In this document: positions 54,260 to 54,985 of the stretch, in pieces
Position numbering within the stretch: position 1 is the first letter of the stretch
Layout: the number at the start of each line of letters is the position of its first letter
Source of the DNA: a virus
Taxonomy: Duplodnaviria; Caudoviricetes
Virus record (IMG/VR): IMGVR_UViG_3300031801_000852
Coordinates: 1 to 54,985 of that record
Direction: 5' to 3' (one strand)
DNA: 54,985 nucleotides
Notes under the pieces: generated by a model
Told to the model about the DNA's origin: nothing
Database searches by the model: none
What the model saw: only the letters and a program-made list of their open reading frames with translations
Program-made: the position numbers and the translations under genes

Positions 54260-54985
54260 CTACAGATTCACATCTAATCCAGTTGTCAAATTAACATCTA
54301 TATTGTCATTAAAATATTCAAAAGTTTGTGTATAACCAAAATCATCATTCGCGGTGACATCTCCTGGACCAGGTGTAACAGTTAATCTTGATTTAATTCC
54401 TGCTGCTCCTGTACTTGTTGAACTAGTTTCTGTTATGAATTTCATTAATCCTGTTGCGTTTGGAGAACCCGCGTCTGCATCCAAGAGTACATAGTTAACA
54501 GAAAAATCTGTACTGTCTTCTAAAATAATATATTCTGGAACAGATGCTTCTTCTGAAGGCATTCTAAGGTTTACTATGACGCTTTTCGTAACTGACCCTG
54601 ACTTGATATCTGGATAGATATATCCTTTTATTTGAAAATTTAAAGTCCATATAATTTCTCTCCTTAAACTGAGTTCACCTTCGTATGAATCTTCAAGGGA
54701 AACACCATTTAATATTATAGTAATATCAGGCTTAATATTCATGGCGGGAACTAAATTCACACTAACTGTAAATTCTGGAGTAAAGAAAGGAACAATCTGT
54801 TCAAAAATCTGTGCACCATCTTCTGAATTATCTACCAGTGCCGACAATGTAAAATCAAAATTATAAGGAACAGGATTATACTGCTTCATAAGGGAACTGG
54901 TTCCCGCTGCAGTATTTGCGGCATAAGTTTGACCTAAAGTATTTAATTTCCTAGTTCCATCATAAGTAATTCCAGTTAAAGAAAA
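54260..54985 (-). CDS. gp15: tail sheath stabilizer/completion protein (5' end beyond the window)
   Basis: Frame open to the window edge (FSLTGITYDGTRKLN); PVPYN, EQIVPFFTP, RREIIWTLNF. Confidence 0.93.
   Translation of the reverse strand, partial: FSLTGITYDGTRKLNTLGQTYAANTAAGTSSLMKQYNPVPYNFDFTLSALVDNSEDGAQIFEQIVPFFTPEFTVSVNLVPAMNIKPDITIILNGVSLEDSYEGELSLRREIIWTLNFQIKGYIYPDIKSGSVTKSVIVNLRMPSEEASVPEYIILEDSTDFSVNYVLLDADAGSPNATGLMKFITETSSTSTGAAGIKSRLTVTPGPGDVTANDDFGYTQTFEYFNDNIDVNLTTGLDVNL

Noticed and set aside
1-54985. Genome-wide UGA reassignment as the explanation for the in-frame UGA
   Set aside because: Core genes (gp44, gp46, gp47, uvsY) end in TGA at their expected lengths, often in ATGA overlaps, so UGA is a normal stop.

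Overview
An AT-rich ~55 kb segment of a T4-like myophage genome, probably marine; the host cannot be identified from sequence alone. Almost all genes lie on the minus strand. The right part is the conserved virion/packaging block (gp15-16-17-18-19-20-67-21-22-23-3), followed by uvsY, uvsW, gp55, gp47 and gp46; gp45/gp44 and a cobS/cobT-like pair lie further left. Accessory regions hold three tRNAs and many metabolic or membrane genes. Main highlights: (1) a SelW/Rdx-family selenoprotein gene absent from the ORF track (CxxU, in-frame UGA, SECIS-like hairpin) at 19358-19591; (2) a translationally coupled operon after gp44 (MTase, HNH, PLP deaminase-like, 2-hydroxyacid dehydrogenase-like, MTase, AsnB-like), several members ending in sliding-clamp-binding-like tails, a candidate DNA hypermodification pathway; (3) an Hpy188I-like R-M pair; (4) a tRNA-like RNA and a second structured RNA candidate; (5) a MotA/ExbB-type membrane module with tandem mini-lipoproteins and SbmA; (6) a U32/radical SAM/halogenase/methyltransferase cassette; (7) a canonical C2H2 zinc-finger mini-gene. 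All calls come from motif recognition by eye; no database searches were run.
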